Part shown: piece by piece, positions 27,497 through 40,799 of the stretch
Numbering within the stretch: the first letter of the stretch is position 1
How the letters are laid out: the number at the start of each line of letters is the position of its first letter
Assembly: GCA_951406725.2 (NCBI GenBank)
Contig: OX597814.1
Location: 50,530,001-50,594,000, forward strand
Direction of reading: 5' to 3'
DNA length: 64,000 bases
From: Octopus vulgaris
Lineage: Eukaryota
The notes under the pieces: generated by a model
What the model was told of the DNA's origin: nothing
The model's database searches: none
Seen by the model: the letters and a program-made list of their open reading frames with translations, nothing else
Program-made: the position numbers and the translations under genes

Positions 27497-27750
27497 CAGT
27501 AATTCTCAACCATTTTTTGCTCATGGACCCTTTTCATTCCTATTTTACTCTCCTGGACCGCCATTCCCATTCACTGAATATAAAAAAATCTTACGGTATT
27601 TTTGTAATTAAATATTTTGGGGAATTGTATAAAAAAATTGAAATGTTTTGTGTATTGTAGAAATATAATTATTACACATAAATGTTAACAACAAAATCTG
27701 ATATGGACACCCACCACCAGGCCATATGGACTCCGGTTGAGAACCTCCTG
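27497..27750. mobile_element. hAT (Charlie/MER5-like) MITE
   Basis: TIR CAGTAATTCTCAACC / GGTTGAGAACCTCCTG; 8-bp TSD CTCTAAAG/CTCTAAAT. Confidence 0.8.
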
Positions 27751-27759
27751 CTCTAAATG

Positions 27760-27950
27760 GTTGCTTGATCAACGAGAAATAGAAGATACACCACACTGCC
27801 TTCAAAACACACTCGACTACAAAATGGATGGATTGGTTTGGTAATATAGTTCTGGATACACTATGCCTGAATATAAGGCTGAGTGGTCACGGCTGGAACC
27901 GCTTTGATCATAGGTCTGCTAGATCAAGGCTGAACTGGAACTAAACATCA
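27760..27950 (+). mobile_element. Old dispersed retroposon-like repeat ending in (AAC)n
   Basis: TGGTCACGGCTGGAA...TTTGATCATAGGTCTGCT...CTAAACA; related copies near 3.7, 23.5, 26.6, 27.4, 31.4, 35.0, 46.1, 48.9 and 53.2 kb. Confidence 0.65.
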
Positions 27951-28829
27951 CCTACTTGTTGACTATAGTGATTGCTTCTTGTGACAATGTTTATGTTTGA
28001 GATTTAAAGGACTGGTAAATGGAATGTTGTAAAATTCAAACCTGTTTCAACATGTCAGGTCTAATTTCCAGGTAGAACAAAGAAGCGAGATCATAATTCA
28101 ATGCTTGAAGTTTGCAAAGTAGTTTGATGTTTTACATGATTCAAATTGATTGCTCCGATTTGAGAATAAATGGAATTTTTATTGCCAAAAGTCGCCGACA
28201 TACTGTTTAGCCGGAGTAGGATAAAAGGCATCAAATCGGCACCACAAAGTCTACAAACAATTCTGTATATGAATGCATATTACATCTGCATAATAAATGA
28301 TAGGAGTCTATCTATGTGAATGAACATACGTATATATTGCTATTGAAACTGTGTCATTATTGTAATTATTGTATAACTACAGTATTTATTATTCTATTCC
28401 ATATCCATTTTTGTATATTATTATTGTCATTTCATATGTATCGATTATTAATGTTTCTGTTTTATTTTATTGGGCTTTTGCTTATTTATATCTCTTTCAA
28501 CTCGAACTGCGATGTACTTTTCGTTGTATTTGCATAAGTAAAAATAATAGAACTGAATAAAACTGAAGCAGAAAATCTTTATTTGGCACGGCGGCAGCTA
28601 TAGAGATACAACAACGAGGCAGCAATTATTTCGTACATATTCAATCAGAAATTTCAAGCACATGGTTCGCTGCTGATTATATATTTAATCTTCATTATAG
28701 AATGGTAAAATGTTTAAAAGCGCTTCTCTTTCAGACTCAATGTAACTATTACGTTCGTCAAATCGTACACTATTTTCTAGTGTAAAGGTTTCAAGTTACC
28801 GCCATTTCAAATTACCTCCAAGAAAAGTC

Positions 28830-29830
28830 AATGGGCCTTCATCTCGACGCTTGGAGAGGCCCATACCATCCAACTGCGTCGTGAGGCGCTGGACGGACCG
28901 GTTAAATTGTTCGGAGACTGTTTTGGTGGGGACCCCTAAGTGGAGTATTGGGATCGCCTGACCGTGTCTTGCTCCAGTTCACATCTCACAAGATAAGAGT
29001 TCCTGCTCTTTCACTTTCTATGGGACGACGCGTTCCATTGGTTAGGCGATCCATTTGTTGTCAATACCTATTGAGGGGAGGACTGAGAATGCCGTGGCTA
29101 ATGATGTGCAGACATAAGCTGAAACTGGAGCATCTCAAGCGTTTTCTAGACGGTGAGTTGCTGTGGTTCTCATTTATCAGACTCGCTTTTCATAGTTTGT
29201 CGCTTTTCAGAGCTGCAGTCTTGGCTAAAGCGTAGGGTCAAACAAGGTGCTTGGCACCTAGAGTGTCGTACTGGTGCTCAAAGCTTTCTGCCAGTCGGAC
29301 AATGTAGTCTGGGGAACTTCTACTTTGGCATTATATACAGTATTCGTGGCCGCCAAGAGCAACGATGTTCCCGGAAAACACTTTGAGCATCGACGAGAAT
29401 CAACTGGTTTGTCTAACTTGGAATACTTTCAAATAGAACCCAATGGATAATTTCTAGAAATCTCTGGCCTGGCAGTGCCACCAGATGGAGACATCGAGAT
29501 AAATTCTACAAGCATGATAGTGCCGTCAGCAGGGCCTACACGAGATGCGTGTTGAGCAACGAAACTGTTCTGTATGCAATCGTCCGGTACCTCAGCATTG
29601 CTCATTTTTGGAGTTAGGTTGTGCACCAGTTGCCACATGTAGGACGGATCCGGCTATTAACTGAGTCCATTGTGAAGATCACCTACAGCCCATCATTAGC
29701 CGGGAAGACAGACAGTATTTATCTGCTTGGTGACCTTGGCAAAAGAGGTGGTGTGGTGGACCAGACTGAAAGGGCTGAAGACAGACGAATATTTTATAAT
29801 TTTCTAGTTGTATAATGCCTCTACGGCCAC
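28830..29830 (+). mobile_element. L1/Tx1-like LINE ORF2 C-terminal remnant
   Basis: WTDRLNC.., VRRSICCQ..GGLRMPWLMM, RDKFYKH...TRCVLSNETVLYAIV (zf-RVT-like); same family as 59170-60000. Confidence 0.7.
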
Positions 29831-29937
29831 AAATTTGCAGTATATATAATCTTCCTATGTCAGATTTTAGTGGTATATTGTAAATGCAATCATTATTTTC
29901 TACAGGTGCTTTATATTCTACAGGTGCTATTATTATT

Positions 29938-30490
29938 GAGTGAGAGAGCAGTGCATGCCATCAAAGTGACACTGGGGTAAAATATACGAAGCCCAGTATA
30001 CCCATCGTGACTACCCGTCTGATAAGGGTACACCAGGCACATGCATCACAACCATATGTGTGCAACATGGTGATCTCATATCAAGATAAACAGCACATTT
30101 TCTTGCAGTTGGGACCCAGTTAGAATTTTCTTCTGGTCGAGTAACCTATCCCGCTCAAAAGGTCACTGAATAAGGGTTGTTTAAAGATGTTGAACGAAAC
30201 ACCCCTGTTTCCAGATATGAATTATTCAAACCTCAAAGAATCCCTATCAACACATGGCTATGATGCTCCCCCACTACTTCTGCTTGTGATCAGAGATGCA
30301 CATATCGTCAGCCACTTAGGGACATGCTCAACTGGTCAAGGTCAAGCAACTGACAAGCAAATCTGTGGTATTGAGCGGAATACTTGATGTAGCCCATCTT
30401 TTATACCAACACAAAACAATGTACATGATAACACTTCCAATCAGTTAAGATTAGAAACCATGAGAGCCACTACCTGGTACTGCATCAGGG
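29938..30490 (-). mobile_element. Second copy of the ~550-bp (TAA)n-associated element
   Basis: Aligns to 18760-19297. Confidence 0.8.
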
Positions 30491-30499
30491 ATATTATAA

Positions 30500-30500
30500 T

Positions 30501-30576
<76 letters not shown>

Positions 30577-30597
30577 GCAGCTGCTGCTGCTGCTACC

Positions 30598-30630
<33 letters not shown>

Positions 30631-30655
30631 ACTACTACTACTACTACTACTACTA
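30500..30655 (+). repeat. (TAC)n/(TGC)n compound microsatellite
   Basis: Directly visible tandem repeats. Confidence 0.95.
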
Positions 30656-31192
30656 TCAATATTATCTAAATATACATAAACAAAAGATTTGCAGGTGTAA
30701 TCTGAAATCATAAGCTGTAAGACAGAAGAATCTAAGAATAGCAGGTTTTAACTAAAATCAGTTACACCATATTTTCAGGCTATGAGAACAGGATTTAATG
30801 TAACTGTAGTGGTGTAAGGTGAAGCAGGGGCAAAATGGAATGGCTACACCGACACCCACAGCAGTAAGACATTCTACAATCTACTATTGGCATTTCTATG
30901 TGTTTCTGAATGGAATATATTATTGCATATTACATTGCTTCTATTGATCTAGGTATTGCAGATAGGTTCGACATTATCCGGGATGTTGTCTCCGTTAGAA
31001 TGTCATCTCATGCAGCGAAATTTAGTTCTGTCATTCGCTAAATACTTTGAAAATGCAGATAGAACCCGCTTCTAAACTAGAGTTCGGAAGCAAAGAGTAG
31101 AATTTTGTGGATCAGTACGTTGGTCAGTAGATGGAAAGAGAAAGGAAAGTAAATAGTAGAGAGAAGCGAGAGGGTGAAAAATTGTCAAAGGC

Positions 31193-31298
<106 letters not shown>

Positions 31299-31944
31299 AC
31301 TAAAAAGAAATATCTATAAAGACATTCGACCTTTCAGATACAAAAAATAAGAGGCAAATCTACCTCAAATTACGCAGTACTGACTTTAGAACATGGGTGA
31401 TGCATATTAAATTATATAGTTCTAGAGACATAACGGCTGGAAAAAAGCTGGATGATCAAAACTCAGAGATATTTTCATAACCCGAGACTAAACAACTACC
31501 ACAGAAATATATAATAGATTTAGTTCATACTCTTTTGTTTTAAGGATGAGAAAGCTTTATTGATAGTTGAATGTTGCCAAAGAAAATATGAACTAGTTTT
31601 AAAACGAGTCTAATTAATGACAACAAAAATAATCTACACAGGTCTATTTTTTTCATGGCCTGTAAGATATAGAAGCAATGATAATTGTATTTTTTTTATC
31701 CTATTTGTGTATTTGTTAAACATTGATTCATATTAAGCCCTGGAATAACATATTAACATATGTTGTTTCGGCCACAAGAAATGTAGTAGAGAAAATGACA
31801 CACACATATACACAAACACGCATACGTACATTTATACGTGCATGTGTGCGTGTATGTGTATAAACTATAGTAGCTTTTTCGGCTTTGTATTACATTGATA
31901 TATATATATATATATATGTATTACATATATATATATTATTTATA

Positions 31945-32118
31945 AAAAAAAAAACGGAGAAAAAAAACAACATCGCGAGGACGTGGTACATGAAAACTAT
32001 TAATAAGAAGCTCAGGGAAGGAAAGAAAAGGTGTTTTACGTTTCGAGCAAAAAGCCTCTTTTTCAGAAACAGATGACAGGGGGAAGTCCAAAAGGAAAGA
32101 AAAGACGGAGGAAAAATA
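31945..32118 (-). mobile_element. Copy of the 224-nt HHR repeat family
   Basis: Minus strand TGTTT-CTGAAAA-AGAGGC ttttt GCTC-GAAACGTA-AAACA; flanks align to 20556-20747. Confidence 0.75.
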
Positions 32119-32572
32119 AAATTACTGCTGTTGTTTGTCAACAATGACTATCGGCGGTGTATTTTTCGTTTGTCACTATTATTTATGACATCGTTCGTGC
32201 GTTTGTACTGGTTTTAAGATTTTAGGGTTAGGGTTTTAGAGTTGGGGTTACATTTTTAGGGTTAGGGTTGGGGTTTTAGGGTTAGTGTTGTCATAAATAA
32301 TAGTGACAAACGAAATATACACTGCCGGAAGTTCTTGTTGACAAACAACAGCACTAATTTTATACAGCTGAATACACGTCTTTGATTGGTTGAAATTACC
32401 GAAATACGAAAACTTTAACGTGAAATAACTTCGTCAATATAAGTTTTTTTCTCAAAAAATGCTAAGAGTAAAAGATGTTTTATATGACACAGTCTACCAG
32501 TGTCCGAAGTTTGAAAGTGTTTAGTTACAAAAAATTATTTTTTAAATCTGTAGGTCAAAAGGTAAAGATCCC
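32119..32572. mobile_element. Unclassified non-autonomous element: 72-bp inverted repeats around a TTAGGG-like tract
   Basis: IR 32119-32190 / 32289-32360; telomere-like tract 32222-32285; right boundary inferred. Confidence 0.6.
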
Positions 32573-32685
32573 TATTTTCGTAGTTTCAAAGCCTTTCTGG
32601 TTCGCAGTTTTGACTTTTTTTTATTATTATTCACTGCCGAATATAACTGCGCTTGCGCAGGAGATTTGAAAATTATAATGTATAT

Positions 32686-33344
32686 ATGATGATCTGGGAG
32701 GATTGGGCCCCTAGCCGGACGTCGATAAGACAGATTGAAAGATCTCAGCTGGCGGCAAACTATCTCTGCGCAAATGGGTCTGTGGTAAGTCCCTGTAATC
32801 TGCCTAGCTGATTCCGTTGCCCTCCGGAATCGCTCCTGCAAGTGCTATCCGTGCAGGTAGTGATCTTCACGTGCCGTTGTAACCCTCGGTTGGCCACTGC
32901 GTAGACGATCATCCGTGCTGTTTGTGGCATTGTATCGCTCCTTCAGCTGCTCAATTATCCTAATACTGCAGTTCAAGTCATTAGCAATGACCAGCATTGA
33001 GACGTCCAATAGCTTGGTCCCTCTGATTTCATGTCAATCTTGATATGCTCGTTGCCTTCGGGAAACGAATGACAGACTGGTAAATTTGGATACCTTGTTT
33101 TGCATGTGCATCATATTTTTCAAAGAAATGCGTTCGCGAGCATTACCATGTTCACAAAATATGAGCAAGTTCGAAACCTACATGTAATCCTTGCGTTTTC
33201 AAAAAGGAGTGGTGTTGTGGGTCAGTGACATTTTCCTGATGGTAAATTATCTTGAAATGTTATCAATATCGCGTGTAAAACAAATAATCTTTTACAGTGC
33301 GATGTTTTTTTTTGTTTTTTAGGGTTTTTTTTTGTAGTTCAGTA
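32686..33344 (-). mobile_element. Tc1-like element, 5' part (paired/HTH region)
   Basis: QRDQAIGRLNAG...IANDLNCS...DDRLRSGQPRVTTAREDHYL...LRSFNLSYRRPARGPIL; TA-flanked terminus near 33344. Confidence 0.8.
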
Positions 33345-33404
33345 TATATACATACATATAGATAGATAGACAGATAGCTAGCTAGATATATATATATATA
33401 TATT

Positions 33405-33471
<67 letters not shown>

Positions 33472-33705
33472 TTCGCAGATGGGTAGTTCACAGATGAGAT
33501 CTAAAGATACGCCGCATAGACGACATTTAGTAGTGCTCAAAAGATCAACTGAGACTCCGATGTCTTTACAGGGGATCGATTCTACAAAGTAAAGAACGAT
33601 TACAAGAGGAATCAAGTTGAGCGGTTACAGAGGCAACTCTGCGAATAAACATATTAGACACTTTAAAATATATTTAATGTCTAATTTGTTTATCCTCAAA
33701 TTGCC

Positions 33706-34040
<335 letters not shown>

Positions 34041-34612
34041 TATTATTATTATTATTATTATATATGTATGTATGTATATTATATGTATGTATGCATGTAT
34101 ACACGCACACATTATGAATGCGTGTAGGTATTATATAAGTTCACAGATAAAAATTCAGTTTCAATAAATCTTATCCTTTAGAACATGTATTGAGCACTCA
34201 TAATATTTATTCCCTGTATTTTACTACAACAAGAGCAGATTGTGTGAATTGAGGCTAGATGACGTCGCTTACATGCTGCTCAGGACAACACTCGAAAAAG
34301 TATAAAAGGTAATGTTATAGTCACAAAACAGCAACTGTGATATTAAGATTTCCATGTTTCTGACTGAAGAACGACAATTATCCGAAGCGTTAAATTTTCA
34401 CTCATCACGGAAATTTGCTTTTATCCACGAACTTTTATAGACAAACTTTTCCCAGCATCAGTCGCCACCATTATACTTCGATTCATGATCTTAGTTTAGT
34501 CGGAAATGTACAAGTGAACAAGAGTGTCTCCACGTGACGCCTGAACTGTGAGAAAAACAGACAAACCGCCTTCTCTACTACCAACGAAGAGAAAGGACAC
34601 ATTGAACAATGT

Positions 34613-34913
34613 TTTGTTTTTTCCTTGTCGAGCCGTGCCTGGCTCATAAGGGCCGGTTTCCCGGTTTCCTTGGCGTATAGGTTCCCCACCTGGACGGGAC
34701 GCCGGTCCGTCGCAGGTGAGCTGCAAGATGCAGGACGAAAGAGTGAGAGATAGTTGTGGCGAAAGAGTCAGCAGAAGTTCGCCATTACCTTCTGCTGGAG
34801 CCGCGTGGGGCTTGGGTGTTTCGCTCATAAACACACACATCGCCCGGTCTGAGATTCGAACCCGCAATCCCTCGATCGCGAGTCGCTGCTATAACCACTA
34901 GGCCATGTGCCTC
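34613..34913 (-). mobile_element. tRNA-headed SINE family C with 15-bp TSD
   Basis: Box A TGGCCTAGTGG, box B GGTTCGAATC, CTGCGACGGACCGGCGTCCCGTCCAGG block; TSD CACATTGAACAATGT at 34598-34612 and 34914-34928. Confidence 0.9.
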
Positions 34914-35719
34914 CACATTGAACAATGTAGACTTAAGATGCCGATTAAATGAGATGGTCATGAGTGGAACTCCTTAAATCATAGGTCTGCTGTGTTTGGT
35001 CTGACTTATGGCTAAAATGTAATACTAAAAATAACAACGACAACATTAACAACAATTTATTCGAAATATAGCGATTGAGAAAAAAAAAAGAAAAACTAAA
35101 ATAAATAGCAAATAAAAGCAGGGGAAAAATACAAAAACATGAGCCGAAATGTTGGCCAAAAAGCACCGTATACATAAATGCATATATTAACATGGTGACA
35201 TTTATAAGTATTCAAAATGTGTTATTTCATTGGTTCAAGTTCATGCACCCCACCCCCCATCGCTACCCGGCCTCAGATGCCAATCGTCATCTCCACAGGC
35301 CACTCCATCACCACAACCACTATTAACCATGTCTTACACTCCTCCAAAACATTTCTACCACTTCGGCTGCAACGGCCACTGTCACTAGGACTCCTACTCA
35401 CAACAACAACAACTACTACTACTACTACTGCTACTGCTGCTGCTGCTGCTGCAGCAACAATGACAACGCAGTGGAAGCACGGTTGCAGCTTCAGCAATAG
35501 CAGTAGCAACAGCAGCAACAACAACAGCAACAACAACAACAGCAGTCGCAGCAATGGCAAGAGTAACTGAATAGAAAATATCGTCGTTGAATTAAATTTT
35601 GTGATTAGATAAGAAGGGGAAAAAAAGGGATGCATGGATAGAGAGAGGAGGAGAGAGTGACAGAAGGAGAGACAAAGAGAGAGACAGACAGAGACAGGCA
35701 GAGAGAGAGAAGGTAATAG

Positions 35720-35752
<33 letters not shown>

Positions 35753-36267
35753 CTGTTAGCTGGAAAGAGTATAGAACTTTGTAACGAATAAATACAGAAA
35801 ATGAAACAAGACTAAGAGTGTGCATGCGCGTAGGTGCATACATACACACACCCACTCACACGCACACGCACATGCATTTATATGTACGATTATTTATGTG
35901 TGTGTGTAGATATGTGCATATATACATATACGTATATTGTGTGTATGTATGTGTGTGTGTGTGTGTGTATGTGTGTGTATTTATGAAGCGGTCTATCTTG
36001 TATTCAGTTCGAAACTCTTCAAGCAACCCCTGCAGTCAAACTTGGTGCAAAACACACTGCTCTGAACTTTTCTGGGTGGTTTAGGCGAGGCCGGAAGAGA
36101 TGTTCTAGAGCTTGGGCAACCGAGAATTTCCATACACCCATCCCAAGTTCGCCTTAGAGAGACCGATTAACATACAAAAGTGTGCTCGGCTGTATGTGGT
36201 GGTGGTGGTGGGGGGGTTCAATCCTTTTACATAAATATACACACACTCACACGCACACATCTATGTA

Positions 36268-36361
<94 letters not shown>

Positions 36362-36489
36362 TGTGACCGCCTAATTGAGATGATGTTTGTTGTTTTCTCA
36401 CTAATTTTCTCTTTTATTCTTTCTGTAGAAAAGCTTGAATCATTAGACTTTACAGATTTCTGAGCGTAATCCTAATAAACCATGTGTAT

Positions 36490-36665
36490 TCTTTTAATCT
36501 TTCACTTGTTTCAGTCGTTTGACTGCGACCATGCTGGAGCACCACCTTGAAGGGTTTTAGTCGAAGAAATCGACCCCAGGATTTCTTTTTTTTAAGCCTA
36601 GTACTTATTTTATCGGTCTGTTTGGTCGAACTGCTAAGTTACGGGGCCGTAAACACACTAACGCT
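36490..36665 (-). mobile_element. SINE family B 3' module
   Basis: Reverse complement of GGTGGTGCTCCAGCATGG...ACTGAAACAAGT tail. Confidence 0.75.
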
Positions 36666-37269
36666 GGAATCTTTTGTTATTGTTTTTATAGTTGCTAGAG
36701 CGTGGAACAATGTCTCGAAGCATTTGCTCTGACTATTTGCGCCCTAAGATCAAATCCCACCACGGTCAACTTCACATTTCAAATTTTTCAAGAGTAATAA
36801 AAAGTGGATACCAGTCCAAGGCAATGAGTGAGTAGAACTGTTGGAGAACCGGAGAGGGGTTTCTTCGTGGTAACTGTACCAGCTCTTTATATTTTGATGG
36901 CATACAATGAGGCTGGGGGCCAATTTGTATCGGCAACATCGGTGACCTAGTGATGAGAGACCATTATGAATGGACAACGATCAGTCTTCCACAACAAGCG
37001 TTGTCTAGGCAAGCGTATACATATACAAATATAACACCCTGTATCCATGACGGAAGCACTAGCGTTTTAGGGTGATTAATTTTTATAGAAGTTTGAGACA
37101 CAACCTTAAAATATTTACGTATATTATGAAGTGGACTCCATATTGGAGTCGCCGGAAGGCTCGGAGAATGGTGCGTCGGAGAGATAGGGTGGTGGGGTGG
37201 TAACTTTTGAGGACACCTCTTTCAGGAGCTGAAACTTTCTTTTAACATTTTTTTCATCTTACTTTTCAG

Positions 37270-38420
37270 ATGAATAATGTCAGACATCATGTTGACTCAG
37301 CAAATGAAAAGGTATGCTGTAACGTTTCCCTTAAAAGCGCAGCATAACGGTATAAAGACACTTCGCTCCCTGAAATTTGCCCAATCCTCCATTGTCAAAG
37401 TTCGAATGAAGCTGGGAACTGCTTGCGAGAATCCAACATCAGCAGCTAAACACAAAACGCATGACATAACTTTGTACATCAGAACAAAAAGTACAAAAAG
37501 TACAAGAAATAATCGATAAAAACACCGGGAAGTTAAACAGAGTCATTGCAAATGACCTCAACGCTTCAGAGTGCACCATCAAGAGAGTTGTGCATGAGAA
37601 TATCTGGGCATATGTGATGCGGAGGGGGTCTGTTTATGTCGGGTGTGACATGAGAGAATCGTTCGATCCTTGCAGAGCGCTGGCTAAACAAGTTAAAACA
37701 CTGTGAGGTTGGATTGCTTTCGATCAGGACCAAAAGGTAAAGCGAATGAACAACAGATAGTTAAGTAGAAACCATCAGGAAAATGTCACTGACCCACAAC
37801 ACCACTCCTTTTTGAAAACGCAAGGATTACATGTAGGTTTCGAACTTGCATACGAAGTTCCCAGCAATTATCATGTTTTGGGGAGTGTCATGTATCCTTA
37901 CTTTTTTTCATAGAGCTTAAGAGTCAATGCCACTGTCTACGAAAAGGTGTTAGAGGAAGTTGTGAGGCCCTGAACAGTGTACGCCAGGGAAGACGGTACA
38001 TCTTCCAACAAGAAGCTGCGCCGTCTCATAAGATGAGGATAATCCAAACGTTGATGCATGCTAATCTCCATGATCATGTTCTCCCATATACATGGCATCC
38101 TAGCTCACTTGGCTTCCATCCACTGGACTATTACGTATGGGGCGTAATCGAGAGGGAGACCAGTCAACAACCCCTTAGCACCATGCAATCTCACAAGTTC
38201 TCCATAGCCAGCACTCTGTCCAAAATTGATAAACATCGTCTGATTCGAGCATGTCAAGACTTTCGACTCAGTAATGAAGCAGCCATTGATACTAACAGTG
38301 AATCCAATGAGCAGATGTGATAAAAAGGATTCTCAAGAGTATTTGTACCAATTTGTTTTCAAACATAGCATTTTTTTTTCTTTGATGTGCAATGCTTCTT
38401 TTTCTAAAATCCATATAATT
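37270..38420 (+). mobile_element. Tc1/mariner transposase pseudogene, near full length, related to 595-1240
   Basis: MKRYAV.. HTH start, TKFPAIIM, YIFQQEAAPSHK, WHPSSLGFHPLDYYVWG, IRACQDFR. Confidence 0.8.
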
Positions 38421-38424
38421 GGCG

Positions 38425-38577
38425 GTCACCTAGCGGTTCGGTAAAAGTGACTGATAGAATAAGTACTAGGCTTACAAAGAATAAGTCCTGGGTTCGATTT
38501 CTTCGAGTAAAGGCGGTGCTCCAGCATGGCCGCAGTGAAATGACTGAAACAAGTAAATGAGTAAAGGAGTAAAGGAG
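38425..38577 (+). mobile_element. SINE family B 3' fragment
   Basis: AGCGGTTCGG...AAGGCGGTGCTCCAGCATGGCCGCAGTGAAATGACTGAAACAAGTAAA. Confidence 0.8.
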
Positions 38578-38684
38578 TTAGTTGGTTAGTTTGTTAGTTA
38601 GTTAGTTAGTTTGTTAGTTAGTTAGTTAGTTAGTTTGGTTGTTAGTTAGTTAGTTTGGTTGTTAATTAGTTAGTTAGTTAGTTG

Positions 38685-38757
<73 letters not shown>

Positions 38758-38760
38758 CTC

Positions 38761-38806
<46 letters not shown>
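38577..38806 (+). repeat. (TTAG)n microsatellite
   Basis: Directly visible tandem repeats. Confidence 0.97.
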
Positions 38807-39790
38807 CAAAAATCCTTTGGGCATATAAAGGCAATAATGATGCTGTATAAAAACACCTGAGCGAAAGTACGGTCACCAGATGGAGATACTGACTTCTTCC
38901 ATGTTCGTGCAAGAGTACTGCAGTGTGACACACTAGCTCCTTACTTGTTCGTCGTGTGTCTGGATTATGTATTGCGTACCTCAATAGATCAACACAATGA
39001 TCTGGATTTCATTTTACAGAAGTCTAGAAACAGAAGATATCCGGCCACACACCTGACTGACGCCGATTGTGCTGATGACATAGCGCTCTTCGCAGACAAC
39101 ACTAAAAATGCTGAACGTTTACTCCATCTCCTGGAACATGCTGCCGCTAACATAGAACTATAGGTGAATGAAAAGAAGACAGAGTTTATCACCCTGAATA
39201 CAACAGGTGAAATCAGGACCATCAAACAGAAGCCCTTGAAAAAGTGACAACGAGGCAGCAATAACGTGTCCACTGAAATGGATATTAAATCTCGTGTTGT
39301 TGAGGCTTGGGCAGCTATAGACGGTCTTAGAACAATATGGAAGTCAACCCTACCAGATAAGCTGAAGAGACAGTTCTCCAGAGCAGTTGTGGAATCTGTG
39401 CTTGTATATGGATCTCCGACTTTGACTCTCACCAAGAGATTCGGGTGCATGCTGGACGGCGTCTACACCGGAATGTCACGTGCAGTGCTCAACATCCCAT
39501 GGAGGGAGCACCCAACAATACAACGGTTATATGGGAATGTACCAACTTTCTCATCAACCATCCAAGAGCGGAGATTGAGGTTTGCTGGCCACTCTGGAGA
39601 AGTAAAGAAGAACTAGTGAGTAAGGTATTGCTGTGGACACCAAATCATGGTTATACAGTGGCCGGAAGACCACAGAAGACGTATATACACCATCTTGCAG
39701 AAGATGTTGGGTGCCAAATTGAAGACCTAAAAAACACTAAAGGAAGATCGGGAGGAATGGAGAGAGGTAGTCAGGCTGGCCCGGGCACGA
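38807..39790 (+). mobile_element. RTE-clade LINE RT remnant
   Basis: VRSPDGDT, VLQCDTLAPYLF, DCADDIAL, VESVLVYG, RRLRFAGH, GRPQKTYI, DREEWRE. Confidence 0.88.
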
Positions 39791-40337
39791 AATTTTATCC
39801 CAGCGAGAGTTCCGGACCCCAGTTATGAACTCATTTGCATACAGCCAATCAGAGCTCAGCTATCAAATTAATTTATGAGAGCATAGCAAGTGATGGGCGA
39901 TAAGATAAGGTCACTTGGGTATGGAATGACCATGCTTCTTTCCTCTTTTAAAAATGTTTGTTGTTCTTGTTCTTGTTTCAACCATGGCCAAATTTGCGTA
40001 GTTATTTGTTATTGTTTATTTGTAAAGCAGTAAGTACATCACCCTCTACCCACATTTTCCCATCCACATCTTTACCATAAGGGGCTCTTACAAAATCCGA
40101 TAATAGGTATAGATGCAAATCTATCTAATTACTTGTTTCCTTCTAAAATCAGGCATAACTTGGCGATCGGTCGACTTACATCACCGTTCTTCGTCTTGAG
40201 TTTACTTGGTAGAGTTTGTTAGCTTTACAACAAGGTCAAGGTGAGTTCTGATTGGCTGTATGCAAATGAGTTCATTCCTCGTGTCCGGAACTCTCGTGAG
40301 AAAAAAGAATTTTGCGGCCCGGGCAATCAGCCTGACT
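39769..40337. mobile_element. MITE-like element with ~95-bp imperfect TIRs, superfamily unresolved
   Basis: AGTCAGGCTG..CCCGGGC..GAGAGTTCCGGAC..ATGAACTCATTTGCATACAGCCAATCAGA mirrored at 40245-40337. Confidence 0.75.
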
Positions 40338-40747
40338 GGATGATACCTCGATAAAAATTTTTTTTTAAAGTTTGTTAGTTCGAGATTGATAAATAAAATA
40401 AAAATCAAGAATAGCGCCTTAGTGCAGTTGTCAGAACGTAGGGCGAGATGGCTTTTAGCTCTTTCCACTCTGAGTTAAAAATCTGCCTTCTTTCTCATTG
40501 AGAACTCAGATAAAACATGACAGATCACCACACCGATTGAAAAAACATCAATATGCATATATGAAGCCACAACATTCCAGCAAATTAAACTCCTGGAGAG
40601 TGTGTTTGTATGTGCGTATATATATCACTGTCACCGTCACCGTGATCGACCAGGCTATCAGATGATGCTACACATCGCTGGTCACAATGCGCTTCGCATT
40701 GTGTTAGCCTTCAAATGACGCCACCCCCTGGCTAAGCGAGCAGGCCA

Positions 40748-40796
<49 letters not shown>

Positions 40797-40799
<3 letters not shown>

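Noticed and set aside
32222-32285. True telomere or chromosome fusion site
   Set aside because: Short, degenerate, single orientation and enclosed by inverted repeats
34355-34395. CTGAAGA...GAAGCGTTA resembling the 20.6-kb family
   Set aside because: GAAA and stem II are degenerate
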